Assembly (NCBI GenBank): GCA_014805015.1
Contig: JAAUYQ010000049.1
Location: 114,122 to 178,121 of the forward strand
Reading direction: 5' to 3'
Source of the DNA: Clostridia bacterium
Lineage (GTDB): Bacteria; Bacillota; Clostridia; Christensenellales; Christensenellaceae
DNA: 64,000 nucleotides
The position numbers and the translations under genes are program-made. This document shows, piece by piece, positions 36,373 to 46,949 of the stretch (positions within the stretch are counted from its first letter, which is position 1; each line of letters opens with the position of its first letter). The notes under the pieces are model-generated. The model made no database searches. It saw only the letters and a program-made list of their open reading frames with translations, and had not been told where the DNA came from.

Positions 36373-38157
36373 TTGACTCTCGACGGACTGACGCTGCACG
36401 GCGTCGTGGATGAGCTCGGACCGAAACTGCAGAACGCCAAGGTGCAGAAGGTGCTGATGCCCACCAAAGAGGAAATCGTTCTTATCATCTATTCGGCGGC
36501 AGAAGGGACCATGCGCCTGGTGATCTCTGCCGACGCCGGCGACTGTGGTATCTACCTCTCTTCTCACGCCAAGGAAAACCCGAAAACTCCGCCGGTCTTC
36601 TGCATGTTTCTGCGCAAAAATCTTGTTGGCGGCGTGATCACGGCGGTGGAGCAGTCCGGTCTCGACCGGGTCGTCACTCTCAGAATTTCCACCCGCGACG
36701 AGCTGATGCGCACCCGCGAGCTCAGCCTGATCGCGGAAATCATGGGTAAGTATTCCAACATTATCCTGACGGATGCAGACGGGCGCATCCTGGACAGCGT
36801 CAAGCGCGTACCGCTTGACGTCTCCCGCGAACGGCAGATCCTGCCGGGTCTTCCTTATGAAGCGCCGCCGCAGCATAAGTGGAATCCGCTCACATCTTCC
36901 CCGCTCAGTCTCAGTGAGGCCATTCATCCCCTCGAGAGCACGCGAATGGACCGCGTCCTGAGCCGCAGCCTCGACGGCATCTCTGTGCAGACTGCGCACG
37001 AAGTTCTCGCTCTCGCCGGGCTCAGCGAGACTGCTGAATCAAGCAGACTGGAAAAGCGCGATTTCATGCGGCTCGCCTCGGATCTGCAGTCTTTCGTGCA
37101 GCAGGCACTTGCGAGACCCCAGCCGAGCATTCAAGTGAACGCCGACGGGGTGCCGGTTTTCTTTTCACTGGTTCCCTATGCTTCGACGTACCCGGCCGAG
37201 GGACGCCGCACGTTTCCGTCCGTCAATGAAATGCTGGACTACTACTACTCGCGGCGCAGCGAACTGCAGCGCGTTGCACAGGCAAAGACCGCGCTCTCAC
37301 GTGTCATTTCCAAGAGCCACCAGAAGACCGTGCGGCATATCCAACTCTGTGAAATGTCGCTCGCGGAAGCGAGCCAGATCCGCGATCTGCAGCGCCGGGC
37401 AGATCAGATCACAGCCAATCTCTACCGGCTGCACAAAGGGATGAAAGAGTTCGAGAGCACGGACTACGAGACTGGAGAGACGCTCACCGTTCCTCTGGAC
37501 GTATCGGAGACACCCGCGCAGACCGCGCAGCGGCTCTATCGCCGCATCGCCAAGTACAAGCGGGCCCGGGAGCTCAACACGGCCAAGCTCGAGGAAGCGC
37601 GCTCCGAAGAGGAATTCCTTTCGGGCGCCCTGCTCTATACAGAAAACGCGGCCACGCTTGCCGAACTCAGCGAAATCCGGCGCTCTCTGATGGATGCCGG
37701 CGTCGTGGCGAGACCTAAGAAAGACGGAAGACGCGCTGCCCATGCGGAATCAAAACCGCTGCGCTATCTTTCCCCCTCCGGCATGACCATATACGTGGGA
37801 CGCAATGACCGTCAGAACGAAACGCTCACCCACCGCATAGCACAGCGGGATGACATCTGGTTCCATGCGCAGAAGATTCCGGGTTCGCACGTGCTGCTCG
37901 TCACCAACGGCCGCGATCTCAACGACATCGACGACGAAACCATTGTCTTTGCTGCCGAGCTCGCCGCTGCCCATTCCAGAGCCCGCCGTTCCGGCAAGAC
38001 ACCTGTCGACTATACCCAGCGCCGCAACGTCAGAAAACCGCCGCAGGCCCGACCGGGCAAAGTCATCTACGACAACTATTACACGGTCTATGTCGACGCT
38101 GCCGCGGGTCAGGAGAAAATGGCCGAGCCTGAAGGACCACCTTTGGGAACGATATAG
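36373..38157 (+). CDS. rqcH: ribosome quality control factor RqcH (NFACT / FbpA-DUF814 family)
   Basis: About 594 aa. The NFACT-N start is LDGLTLHGVVDEL...VQKVLMPTKEEIVL, followed by a central coiled coil and the C-terminal DIWFHAQKIPGSHVLL (NFACT-R/DUF814). The likely start is TTG 36373, 9 nt after AGGAGG. Confidence 0.8.
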   Translation: MTLDGLTLHGVVDELGPKLQNAKVQKVLMPTKEEIVLIIYSAAEGTMRLVISADAGDCGIYLSSHAKENPKTPPVFCMFLRKNLVGGVITAVEQSGLDRVVTLRISTRDELMRTRELSLIAEIMGKYSNIILTDADGRILDSVKRVPLDVSRERQILPGLPYEAPPQHKWNPLTSSPLSLSEAIHPLESTRMDRVLSRSLDGISVQTAHEVLALAGLSETAESSRLEKRDFMRLASDLQSFVQQALARPQPSIQVNADGVPVFFSLVPYASTYPAEGRRTFPSVNEMLDYYYSRRSELQRVAQAKTALSRVISKSHQKTVRHIQLCEMSLAEASQIRDLQRRADQITANLYRLHKGMKEFESTDYETGETLTVPLDVSETPAQTAQRLYRRIAKYKRARELNTAKLEEARSEEEFLSGALLYTENAATLAELSEIRRSLMDAGVVARPKKDGRRAAHAESKPLRYLSPSGMTIYVGRNDRQNETLTHRIAQRDDIWFHAQKIPGSHVLLVTNGRDLNDIDDETIVFAAELAAAHSRARRSGKTPVDYTQRRNVRKPPQARPGKVIYDNYYTVYVDAAAGQEKMAEPEGPPLGTI

Positions 38158-38684
38158 ATCGCGTCAAATTTTGTCACTTCAAGATCCACCAGCCCGAAGT
38201 TGCGGATCCCATCAATTATTTTCGGAAATCCTGGCTGCACATGCGACTCTCCGGTAATCTCCAGCAGAACATCATGCGAATCCAGATGCCGGTCGTAGAC
38301 AGCATTGAGGAACGGCAGAAACTGCGTCTCCACCGATGCCGTCACGACCGTCTTCATCAGACGGCGCGGATCCTGCGCATCCACCTGCCAGGACGGATTG
38401 CCCGAGACGTGTCCGATGGTCTGAAAGTGCTGGTCCTGATCATAGACTTCCCGCCAGCCGCCGCCCGCTTTGGGACGCAGCGCAGTCTGCACCGGCAGCC
38501 CCTGAAAGCGCAGCGCTGCCGCGTTCTCCACAATGAAACGGATGGTGGCGTTCTTATAGTACTGCCGCCGCAGATCCACCTGGAACTGCACATCCGCCCC
38601 CGCCTGTGTGGCACGGATATCCAGTATTTTCAGCGGCACGACCAGATTGTCTGAAGCAGGCGAATCGAGAATGTTGTTGAACAT
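38109..38684 (-). CDS. hypothetical protein (191 aa)
   Basis: Normal composition, with an SD-like AGAGGA 9 nt upstream of the ATG, 31 nt downstream of the apgM-like gene. No motif recognised. Its 3' end overlaps the rqcH 3' end by 49 nt (convergent). Confidence 0.5.
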   Translation of the reverse strand: MFNNILDSPASDNLVVPLKILDIRATQAGADVQFQVDLRRQYYKNATIRFIVENAAALRFQGLPVQTALRPKAGGGWREVYDQDQHFQTIGHVSGNPSWQVDAQDPRRLMKTVVTASVETQFLPFLNAVYDRHLDSHDVLLEITGESHVQPGFPKIIDGIRNFGLVDLEVTKFDAIYIVPKGGPSGSAIFS

Positions 38685-38715
38685 CGGTTTTTTTCCTCTG
38701 CGCTGAGCTTTCCGT

Positions 38716-39864
38716 CTAAGGACGCTGCATCAGATCCTTTGCTTCCCAGTAGATGCCGGTTGCTGCTCCTTCTTTTTCCGTCAGGCGGCGGCTGTGGCTC
38801 TGCTCGCTGCGCGAGTCGTAGTAGATATAGGGGACGGGGTCGCCGCCGTGTGCGCCGCTATCCGAGAAGGTGAAATGGTCGCCGGCAAGCGTGATCGTGT
38901 AGTCGCTTCCTTCGAGGGCCTGAAGAAAACGCGGGAGGAATACGCGGTCAAAGGCTTCTATGGCTCTGGCTTTCGCCACCGGATCCAGTTCATGGGCCTG
39001 GTCGTCCGTCTCCTGGAAGTGCACATAGAGACGGTCATAGTCCGGGAGCACCTCGAGTGTCCTGCGCAGTTTCTCTTCCAGAAAGTCCTCGTAGCTGCGG
39101 CCTTCCCGTTCAGTGCCGATATTGGGAATCCCGGCAATTTTCGTGATGCCGTCCATCAGCAGCGTTTCCGACAGGGCAATGCGGCCGTCCGTGTCACCAT
39201 GAATATCCGGCACGATCGAGGCTCCCCAGAACCAGATGCCGTTAACCGGTGTGCCCGTATTCTGGAGCTGCTCCCAGGCCCGTTCCAGGAGCTCCTTAAG
39301 CTCAGGTGCGTTTTCCTTCATCCGTTCAAGGTATGGACCCAGCGGCTGCCCGATGATGTCATGGGCCGGCGCGAGCTCCACCGGATAGAGCTTCCTGCCG
39401 TCTTTCACGATCAGGGTTGAACGGAAAGAACCGCAGTAGATCAGATTGAACGGATCTTCAAAGACGTTCGCGGCAAGCTCTTCAGCGATGGGGGCAGCCT
39501 GTTCAGTGGATATATCCCCAGCGCTGTAGCTGCGGATCTGCGACTCCTGCAGAGAATCTCCCTCCAGGGTCACGAAATTCACCCGGACATACAGGTCATC
39601 CTCATTGATCGGCAGACCCAGTCCGGCCGCTTCAATGAAGGACCGGCCGCGGTAGCCCGAAGGATCAAATCCAAGCATGCTCAGATTGCCGACGGCACTG
39701 CCCACTTCCATTCCCGGCGGAATCGTCCGCACGAGCCCCATCTCCGACTTCGCTGCCAGCGCGTCGAGATTCGGGGTCTGCGCGTATTCAAGCGGCGTTC
39801 TGCCGCCAAGGGCCGGGTTGGGGCGGTCTGCCACCCCGTCAAGTACAATGGTGATCTTCTTCAA
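38716..39864 (-). CDS. cofactor-independent phosphoglycerate mutase-like (ApgM/alkaline-phosphatase superfamily) protein
   Basis: KKITIVLDGVADRPNPALGGRTPLEYAQTPNLDALA...GSAVGNLSMLGFDP and the C-terminal GDHFT...GAHGGDPVP match the archaeal-type iPGM family. The start is TTG with no clear SD. Confidence 0.75.
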   Translation of the reverse strand: MKKITIVLDGVADRPNPALGGRTPLEYAQTPNLDALAAKSEMGLVRTIPPGMEVGSAVGNLSMLGFDPSGYRGRSFIEAAGLGLPINEDDLYVRVNFVTLEGDSLQESQIRSYSAGDISTEQAAPIAEELAANVFEDPFNLIYCGSFRSTLIVKDGRKLYPVELAPAHDIIGQPLGPYLERMKENAPELKELLERAWEQLQNTGTPVNGIWFWGASIVPDIHGDTDGRIALSETLLMDGITKIAGIPNIGTEREGRSYEDFLEEKLRRTLEVLPDYDRLYVHFQETDDQAHELDPVAKARAIEAFDRVFLPRFLQALEGSDYTITLAGDHFTFSDSGAHGGDPVPYIYYDSRSEQSHSRRLTEKEGAATGIYWEAKDLMQRP

Positions 39865-40060
39865 TTCATCTGCTGCGCGGAGTTCCGCCTGCTGCGCGAA
39901 GCCGCGCGTCCGGCCGGTGTCCGCCGCTCTCCTTTCTGACTGCCTGCTGCGCCCGGAGTCTCTTTGGCATCTCCTGCCTTGCCGGGCTCAATCTTTTCTA
40001 GTCTAGTCCCGACAGCATCGCTGCGCAAACGTCGGTCCCCGCAGGAACCGGGGCAGCCGA

Positions 40061-40113
40061 CAAAAAGAGCAGCCCCGGGCATATTTCCTCGCTCAAAGCT
40101 GCTCTGTTTTTTT
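40061..40113. terminator. hairpin agagcagc-N24-gctgctct flanked by an A-run and a T-run
   Basis: It lies about 85 nt downstream of the amine-dehydrogenase stop. The large loop makes this only a moderate candidate. Confidence 0.4.
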
Positions 40114-40197
40114 GGCTGTCAGCACTGCATCTCCTGCAGACGCCGCGTCCCCATTCTCATCACGCTTCGCCCGGGACCTCGGCAGACGCAGGCTGCA

Positions 40198-41238
40198 TCA
40201 GGCCCAGGGGCTCAGATACATCTGCATCGGATACGTCAGGTATTCGGGCATCGGCAGCTGCGCGACTGTCACGTAGCCTGCCGGCGCGTTCAGCACGTCG
40301 GGTATCCGGTCAACAATTGTCGCGCACGTGTGCTCCACCGTAGCCGGTTTCTTCACGTAAAAGGCTGTTCCCGGTTCCCCCTTGATCTCCCAGTCACACA
40401 TGTCGCCGTCATCCGGGCCGTATACCTTGCCGATGCACTGCGTCTCAATGACCGGGCCCTGATAGGTTTCCGTCGTGACCACCGCGCTCATACCGATGCA
40501 GTTGCCGACTGGGATGGTTTCCCCGAGCGTTTCCGAGTAGAGATCCGTTTCATGCAGGAACGGCACACTCTTCTGACTCTGGGACCGGATCGTCCAGCCC
40601 ATCTTGGCGCAGAGGGCCTCATTGGAATTCCACACGTAGCTCGGTTCCACGACTTCAGGATGCGCAATCTGCGCCTCAAATTCGTCCGGGGTCAGACCGA
40701 CTCCATGCGCTTTGGCAAGCGCCAGGCCGTAATCCTCGACGTTGTAACTGACGGCACCTTCAATTTTCTCGATGTTCGCGCAGCCCGCAGCAACCAGGGC
40801 CACCATATTGATCCAGAAGATGTCCTGCATCCCGGAGCCAACCACGGTGCAGTCCATATCCTTGCACATCCGGTCGATATTGTTCGTCGCCGCCGGATTG
40901 GTTGTCCACGGGTAGATTGCCTCCTCGCACGTCGTGATGACGCTGATACCGCGTTCCACACACTTCAGGATATGCGGGTACATATCGCTCATGAAGGAAA
41001 AAAGCGTCATGACGACGATATCCGGATCGCACTCATCGAGGACCTCGTCGGCATGATCGCGGATGGGCACGCCGATGCGGCCGATCCCGGCGTATTCCCC
41101 GATGTCCATACCGACCATCTGCGGATTGACATCAATAGCGCCGACAATCTCGGCTCCCTTCTCTGCGAGGTACCGCACCGTATATTTTGCCATCTTGCCG
41201 CAGCCATACTGTACAACGCGGATCTTCTGCTGAATCAT
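40198..41238 (-). CDS. NAD(P)-dependent amine dehydrogenase / DapB-N-domain family (2,4-diaminopentanoate dehydrogenase-like)
   Basis: [33 protein letters not shown] Rossmann start. The size (346 aa) and overall pattern resemble the Ord-type amine dehydrogenases. Confidence 0.65.
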   Translation of the reverse strand: MIQQKIRVVQYGCGKMAKYTVRYLAEKGAEIVGAIDVNPQMVGMDIGEYAGIGRIGVPIRDHADEVLDECDPDIVVMTLFSFMSDMYPHILKCVERGISVITTCEEAIYPWTTNPAATNNIDRMCKDMDCTVVGSGMQDIFWINMVALVAAGCANIEKIEGAVSYNVEDYGLALAKAHGVGLTPDEFEAQIAHPEVVEPSYVWNSNEALCAKMGWTIRSQSQKSVPFLHETDLYSETLGETIPVGNCIGMSAVVTTETYQGPVIETQCIGKVYGPDDGDMCDWEIKGEPGTAFYVKKPATVEHTCATIVDRIPDVLNAPAGYVTVAQLPMPEYLTYPMQMYLSPWA

Positions 41239-41283
41239 TTGGACCTCTCTTCCAAAGCCAAGGTGAGTCCCCGTATCTGTCTA

Positions 41284-42285
41284 TTATACGGTCCCGCCAG
41301 CTGAAGCAGAACGGGCGCTTGTGCGCGAGTCATCCGGAGCCGCGCTGTCGAGTACCGTCTCAATCAGAAAACGCGGCCGGTGCTTCGTCTCCATGTATGT
41401 CCGGCCGACATACAGACCAACAATGCCGATCCCAGTCAGGACGAGGCCGCAGGCGAGCCATACGGAAAGCAGTATCCAGATGCCAAGTCCGCTCACGGCA
41501 CCGGTAAGAGCCGCAATGAGGGCCCAGATAAGACCAATGACCGCAGCCGCGGAGACAGCGATCCCGAAGCCAGTCAGCATCTCAATTGGCTTGCTCGAGA
41601 ACGACGTGATGCCGTCCATGGCGAAAGACAGCATTTTGCGCAGGGGATATTTCGATTCGCCGGCAAACCGGTCCCCGCGTACATAGCTGACCGTATCCGT
41701 CTTATACCCGATCTGCGGCACGATTCCTCGGAGGAACAGATTCACCTCGCCAAACTCCGAGAGAGCGTTGAGCGCACGGTCGCTCATAAGACGGTAGTCT
41801 GCGTGGTTGTAGACTGTCTCCACACCGAACTTTTCCATCAGCTTGTAGAAGCCCTCTGCTGTTCCCTTCTTGAACGCTGTATCGTTGCCGCGGCTCGAGC
41901 GCACCCCGTAGACGATATCGCAGCCATCATCGTATTTGCTGACAAATTCGTCCAGAACCTCAATGTCGTCCTGCAGATCGGCATCCATTGAGACCGCGCA
42001 GTCGCAGCGGTCCCGTGCCGTCATCAGTCCCGCCAGCAGCGCATTCTGATGCCCGCGGTTGCGGCTCAGCTTGACCCCGGAGACACGCGGATTCTCCTCG
42101 TGCAGTCTGCAGATGAGTTCCCAGGTACCGTCTTTCGAACCATCATCCACGTAAAGAATGCGGCTCGCCTCATCGATCAGTCCCGCCTGCTGCATCCGGT
42201 CCATTTTATCGAGCAGACGTCTAGTAGTCTCGCGCAGTACCTCCGTTTCATTGTAGCAGGGTACGACAATGTACAATGTATCCAT
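41284..42285 (-). CDS. family 2 glycosyltransferase, GtrB/CsbB-like (polyprenyl-phosphate sugar transferase)
   Basis: YIVVPCYNETEVL...YVDDGSKDGT...LSRNRGHQNALLAG...MDADLQD, plus two C-terminal TM helices. Confidence 0.85.
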   Translation of the reverse strand: MDTLYIVVPCYNETEVLRETTRRLLDKMDRMQQAGLIDEASRILYVDDGSKDGTWELICRLHEENPRVSGVKLSRNRGHQNALLAGLMTARDRCDCAVSMDADLQDDIEVLDEFVSKYDDGCDIVYGVRSSRGNDTAFKKGTAEGFYKLMEKFGVETVYNHADYRLMSDRALNALSEFGEVNLFLRGIVPQIGYKTDTVSYVRGDRFAGESKYPLRKMLSFAMDGITSFSSKPIEMLTGFGIAVSAAAVIGLIWALIAALTGAVSGLGIWILLSVWLACGLVLTGIGIVGLYVGRTYMETKHRPRFLIETVLDSAAPDDSRTSARSASAGGTV

Positions 42286-42538
42286 TTACAGCCTCATTTC
42301 TGCCGCCGTCAGCCGAAGCACAGCGGAAATTCAAGCATCACTATACCATATGTCGCCGGCCAAAAGCGCACCCCCGTCCGCCGCAGCCGCGAAGCGTGAT
42401 GTTGGCGGACGGCTGCTGTCTGGGCATGGCCTGAAGACTTGCAAAATCTGATCATGCTGCGCACAGCACCGCGCAATAAGCATGATTTCAGCGCGCAAAT
42501 GCGCTGCGATTCCCGGGATCAATCCGGCTTTACATAAA

Positions 42539-42568
42539 ATCTTTCGGTGTGCTAGAATACGTAAAACG
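42539..42568 (+). promoter_or_regulatory. candidate promoter TTTACA-18-(TGc)TAGAAT
   Basis: It ends about 18 nt before ATG 42587 and the SD TAGGAG lies between. It has an extended -10 TG. Confidence 0.4.
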
Positions 42569-42586
42569 AACAGATAGGAGTCTTCC

Positions 42587-43405
42587 ATGTCGCAATCAGA
42601 CAGCATTAAGGTGCTGGCGGGGGCAAATGCTCTGACCCAGGCCGTCTTCCGCAAAGCTGCCCAGCTTTCTCAAGAGTCAGGCACTCCGCTAGAGCTTGAT
42701 CTCAGACGCTATGGATGCGTCAGCTTTATCCCGGACCTGCTGACGGTGTACGCAAAAAAACCATCTGAACAAGAGTTCTCTGATCTGCCCATCATGTGCT
42801 ATATAGCGCGACGGGACACCCCGCCCATTGTGGGCGTTCTGCCCTTCGAAGAGCAATGCGGACTCACGCAGGAAACATGGAAAGATCTCCTGCTGGCAGC
42901 CGAGCCGGTCACAGCAGAGTATCACGCCGGCGCTGTTTCACTTCTGGACGGCGAGAAAGCGGTTTTGCCGCTGGGCGTGCTTGCCCTGGCTCCCACTAAG
43001 GCGCGTATTCTGTTTCTGACCCGTATTCCGGATGGAATCGAGCCGGACGAGAGGCTGCTTGACGTCGCTTTTACACTATACGAAACGGCCTGGCAGCATC
43101 TGCACGGCGAAGAGTCGGTCGGCTGCCTCAAGCTCATGCTCACAACTTCGCCCAACCTGCAGCTTCTGGAAGTGCAGCTCGATGCAGGTTCTCTTCTTTC
43201 GCCAGCCGAGCCCGACAGCATCGTCTTCCTGGCCCGGGCCGGCAGCGACGGTGCAGAACTGATGCACTTCTCCCAGTTCATGCGCAGACGGGACAATCCT
43301 GCCGAGGCGCAGAAAAAGGCGCCGCCGGAGCCGCGGACGCCGGACGACGAGGCCGTCCTCTCACTTGGAAGGGAACTTGACGCCGTTCTGGACCGGCTGG
43401 CATAG
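42587..43405 (+). CDS. hypothetical protein (272 aa)
   Basis: A clean ORF with SD and promoter-like elements. No recognisable motif and no TM segment. The C-terminus is a charged tail. Confidence 0.5.
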   Translation: MSQSDSIKVLAGANALTQAVFRKAAQLSQESGTPLELDLRRYGCVSFIPDLLTVYAKKPSEQEFSDLPIMCYIARRDTPPIVGVLPFEEQCGLTQETWKDLLLAAEPVTAEYHAGAVSLLDGEKAVLPLGVLALAPTKARILFLTRIPDGIEPDERLLDVAFTLYETAWQHLHGEESVGCLKLMLTTSPNLQLLEVQLDAGSLLSPAEPDSIVFLARAGSDGAELMHFSQFMRRRDNPAEAQKKAPPEPRTPDDEAVLSLGRELDAVLDRLA

Positions 43406-43627
43406 AGCGCAGCTGCTGGTACCCCCTGCGGCTGCTTTTCGGGCTGCAGATTTCCTCTCCTGCGCCCGCCTATCAGTATGAGCGCGCCTGCCCAGGAATT
43501 GCGGCTCACCAGGCGGCATGCAGAAAGCGCTTTCCCGAGAGACAAAAGCAGGCTCATGACCGAACGGATCTTTTGCATCCTGTCCAGCCATGGGCCTGCT
43601 TCGATTCAGCGGGAAGTTCCGGCTTCT

Positions 43628-45709
43628 TTATGCGGGCGTTGCCGCGAGTTTTTCAACCATACTCTTCGGAGCCGGTTCATAGTGATCGAACTGCATGGTG
43701 AATGTTCCCCGACCCTGCGTTCTTGAGCGCAGGTCGGTGGCGTAGCCAAACATCTCCGAAAGCGGCACCATCGCGCGCACAATCTGGCCGCTGCCGCGCA
43801 CTTCTGTGCCCTCAATGCGGCCGCGGCGGGCCGTCACATTGCCCATCACGTCGCCGAGGTACTCTTCCGGCATGACCACTTCCACCTTCATCATTGGCTC
43901 GAGCAGCTGCGACTTGCCCTTTTCAAAAGCCTCCTTGATCGCCATCGATCCGGCAATCTTGAATGCCATTTCCGAGCTGTCGACTTCATGGTAGCTGCCG
44001 TCCACGAGCGTTGCCTTGAAGTCCACGACCTCAAAGCCGCCGACGATGCCGCTCTTGGCGGCTTCCTGGATGCCGGCGTCAATGGCCGGTATGTACTCTT
44101 TCGGAATCGCACCACCGACGATCTTGTTCTCGAAAACGTAGCCTGAACCCGGCTCCAGGGGCTCCACATGCAGCTTGACGTCGCCGTACTGACCCTTACC
44201 GCCGGACTGCCGGACATATTTGCCCTGCACATCCACGGGCTTCGTCATGGCTTCGCGGTACGCCACCTGCGGTTTGCCGACGGCTGCCTCCACCTTGAAC
44301 TCACGCAGCATGCGGTCGACGATAATCTCCAGATGCAGCTCACCCATACCGGCAATAATGGTCTGCCCGGTCTCCGGATCTGTGTAGGCGCGGAAGGTCG
44401 GATCTTCCTCCGAAAGCTTCTGCAGGGCCACGGACATCTTTTCCTGACCGGCTTTCGTTTTGGGTTCAATGGCTACCTGAATAACCGGATCCGGGAACAC
44501 CATCGATTCCAGGATGATCGGATGCTTGTCGTCACTGAGCGTGTCACCGGTGCCGACTTCCTTGAAGCCGACGACAGCGGCGATATCCCCGGCATGCACT
44601 TCGTCCACTTCCTCGCGGTGATTGGCGTGCATGCGCAGCAGACGGCCGATACGCTCTTTTTTGCCTTTCGTGGCATTGTAAACATAGGAGCCGCTTCTGA
44701 GCTTGCCCGAATACACCCGGAAGAATGCCAGCTTGCCGACGAACGGATCCGCCATGATCTTGAAGACCAGTGCCGAGAACGGTCCGTCCACATCCGCCAC
44801 CCGGTCTTCTTCCTCATCTTCATGACCGGGCTTGTGACCCTTGATCGGGGGTATGTCGAGCGGCGACGGCATCAGCTCCACGATCTTGTCGAGCAGCGGC
44901 TGGATGCCCTTGTTGCGGTAGGCGCTGCCGCAGCAGACCGGAATGATCGTACCGGCAATCGTGCCCTTGCGCAGCACTTCCATGATCTCGTCGCGGGTAA
45001 TCTCCTCGCCGCCCAGGTATTTCTCGGCAAACTGGTCGTCTTCGTCTGCAAGAGCCTCGAGCAGTTTCTCGCGGTATTCCTCTGCCTGTTCCTTCATGTC
45101 GTCCGGAATCGGCTCCTTTTCCATGTGCGAGCCGGTCTCATCGTCATCCGGATAGATGATCGCATCCATGTCGATCAGGTCGATAATGCCCTTGAAGCTG
45201 TCCTCCACCCCGATGGGCAGCTGCAGCGGCACCGGATTCGCACCGAGCCGCTCGCGGATCATATCCACGGCGTTGTAGAAGTCAGCGCCCATGATGTCCA
45301 TCTTGTTGATGAAGGCCAAACGCGGCACGCCGTACCCTTCCGCCTGCCGCCAGACCGTCTCGGACTGCGGCTCGACACCACCCTTGGCGCAGAAGACCGC
45401 CACGGCTCCGTCGAGAACGCGCAGCGAACGTTCCACTTCAACAGTGAAGTCCACGTGGCCGGGTGTGTCGATAATATTGATCTGATGCCCGTTCCACTTG
45501 GTTGTCGTGGCCGCTGAGGTGATCGTGATGCCGCGCTCGCGCTCCTGGTCCATCCAGTCCATGACTGCATTGCCGTCGTGCGTGTCGCCGATCTTGTATG
45601 TGCGGCCCGAGTAGTACAGAATGCGCTCGGTCGCCGTCGTCTTGCCGGCGTCAATATGCGCCATGATCCCGATGTTTCTTATCTTGTCCAATGGAAGCAC
45701 TTCAGCCAT
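43628..45709 (-). CDS. fusA: translation elongation factor G
   Basis: [26 protein letters not shown]...[13 protein letters not shown]; 693 aa with full five-domain collinearity. Confidence 0.97.
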   Translation of the reverse strand: MAEVLPLDKIRNIGIMAHIDAGKTTATERILYYSGRTYKIGDTHDGNAVMDWMDQERERGITITSAATTTKWNGHQINIIDTPGHVDFTVEVERSLRVLDGAVAVFCAKGGVEPQSETVWRQAEGYGVPRLAFINKMDIMGADFYNAVDMIRERLGANPVPLQLPIGVEDSFKGIIDLIDMDAIIYPDDDETGSHMEKEPIPDDMKEQAEEYREKLLEALADEDDQFAEKYLGGEEITRDEIMEVLRKGTIAGTIIPVCCGSAYRNKGIQPLLDKIVELMPSPLDIPPIKGHKPGHEDEEEDRVADVDGPFSALVFKIMADPFVGKLAFFRVYSGKLRSGSYVYNATKGKKERIGRLLRMHANHREEVDEVHAGDIAAVVGFKEVGTGDTLSDDKHPIILESMVFPDPVIQVAIEPKTKAGQEKMSVALQKLSEEDPTFRAYTDPETGQTIIAGMGELHLEIIVDRMLREFKVEAAVGKPQVAYREAMTKPVDVQGKYVRQSGGKGQYGDVKLHVEPLEPGSGYVFENKIVGGAIPKEYIPAIDAGIQEAAKSGIVGGFEVVDFKATLVDGSYHEVDSSEMAFKIAGSMAIKEAFEKGKSQLLEPMMKVEVVMPEEYLGDVMGNVTARRGRIEGTEVRGSGQIVRAMVPLSEMFGYATDLRSRTQGRGTFTMQFDHYEPAPKSMVEKLAATPA

Positions 45710-45838
45710 TGAGTGCGATCCTCCTTTGCCTGCTCGAATTTCCCGTTTATTTATCTTATCTGCCGACGGGCGGGAAAACCGTCAACCCAAAAAGAGAGCC
45801 AGCGGTCTGACTCTCCGGATTTGCACGCAGCGTGCCGC

Positions 45839-46309
45839 TTACCAGCGGTAGTGGGCAAATGCTTTGTTCGCCTCTGCCATACGGTGCATTTCCTCACGTC
45901 TCTTAACGCTGGCACCCTGGTTGTTCGTGGCATCCATGATTTCGTTCGCCAGTCTCTGACTCATGGTGCGCTCGCCGCGCTTCTTGGAAAAGAGAACCAG
46001 CCAGCGGATTGCCAGTGTCTGCCGTCTCTCGGGACGGACTTCCAGCGGTACCTGGTAGGTGGCACCACCGACACGGCGTGCCTTTACTTCCAGAACAGGC
46101 ATGATGTTAGCCATGGCCTGCTCAAAAACTTCTTTCGGATCCCGGCCTGTCTTCTCGCGGATAATGTCAAAGGCATCGTAGCAGATGCGCTGGGACGTGC
46201 CGCGCTTGCCGTCGACCATCAGCTGGTTGATCAGCTTGGTCACGACAGTGCTGTTGTACATTGGGTCAGGAATAATCTCCCGTTTCGGGACTCCACCACG
46301 TCTGGGCAT
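45839..46309 (-). CDS. rpsG: 30S ribosomal protein S7
   Basis: [20 protein letters not shown]...AHYRW; 156 aa. Confidence 0.97.
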   Translation of the reverse strand: MPRRGGVPKREIIPDPMYNSTVVTKLINQLMVDGKRGTSQRICYDAFDIIREKTGRDPKEVFEQAMANIMPVLEVKARRVGGATYQVPLEVRPERRQTLAIRWLVLFSKKRGERTMSQRLANEIMDATNNQGASVKRREEMHRMAEANKAFAHYRW

Positions 46310-46331
46310 ACTTCAATCTCCTTTGAACGGC

Positions 46332-46706
46332 CTACTTCTTCGGCTTCTTGGTCCCGTAAAGAGAACGCGACTGCTTGCGATCCGCCACACCTGCGGTGTC
46401 GAGAGCGCCGCGGATAATGTGGTAGCGTACGCCGGGGAGATCCTTCACCCTGCCGCCGCGGATCAGCACCACGCTGTGCTCCTGCAGATTGTGGCCGATA
46501 CCGGGAATGTACGCTGTACCTTCCATGCCGTTCACGAGCCGTACCCTGGCGATTTTCCGCATCGCCGAATTCGGCTTCTTGGGGGTCATCGTCCTCACCG
46601 CCAGGCAGACGCCGCGCTTCTGCGGTGACTGCTTCAGGATCGGCGAGTTGGACTTGCTGACCTGCGATTTTCTGCCTTTTCTCACCAATTGATTGATGGT
46701 GGGCAT
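46332..46706 (-). CDS. rpsL: 30S ribosomal protein S12
   Basis: [13 protein letters not shown]...[11 protein letters not shown]...VRYHIIRG; 124 aa. Confidence 0.97.
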   Translation of the reverse strand: MPTINQLVRKGRKSQVSKSNSPILKQSPQKRGVCLAVRTMTPKKPNSAMRKIARVRLVNGMEGTAYIPGIGHNLQEHSVVLIRGGRVKDLPGVRYHIIRGALDTAGVADRKQSRSLYGTKKPKK

Positions 46707-46854
46707 CGCTGCACCTTCCTTTCGAATGCAAACGTATTTCTGCCGGGTCTGCTGCGCAACCCGAAGGCAGCCTGCCCGTCCGTTATTTCAAATCCTGTGT
46801 TCTGCACCGGAAAGCTGCGTTCCATGTTTCCGCCGCAAAAACGCACTGCATGGT

Positions 46855-46884
46855 ATTGTAGCACTGGACATCCATCCGCGTCAA
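46855..46884 (-). promoter_or_regulatory. candidate sigmaA promoter for rpsL-rpsG-fusA (TTGACG-18-TACAAT)
   Basis: On the minus strand the -35 is at 46884..46879 and the -10 at 46860..46855. It lies directly after the upstream terminator and leaves a leader of about 140 nt. Confidence 0.5.
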
Positions 46885-46896
46885 TACAGAGCAGGC

Positions 46897-46930
46897 AAAA
46901 AAAGGTCCCCGCTCTTCCCAGGGCGGGGAC
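46897..46930 (-). terminator. intrinsic terminator ending the rpoB-rpoC-(Cys-rich gene) unit
   Basis: The minus strand reads gtccccgc-N10-gcggggac followed by CTTTTTTT. Confidence 0.65.
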
Positions 46931-46949
46931 AAGCCGACTATATTTGTTT

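Noticed and set aside
39964-41304. 446-aa plus-strand ORF antisense to the amine dehydrogenase. The same applies to 5174..6121 antisense to cysE, 20388..21458 antisense to Fe-ADH and 30479..31612 antisense to the Hcy-methyltransferase.
   Set aside because: Antisense to CDSs with clear family signatures, compositionally aberrant, and without ribosome-binding sites.
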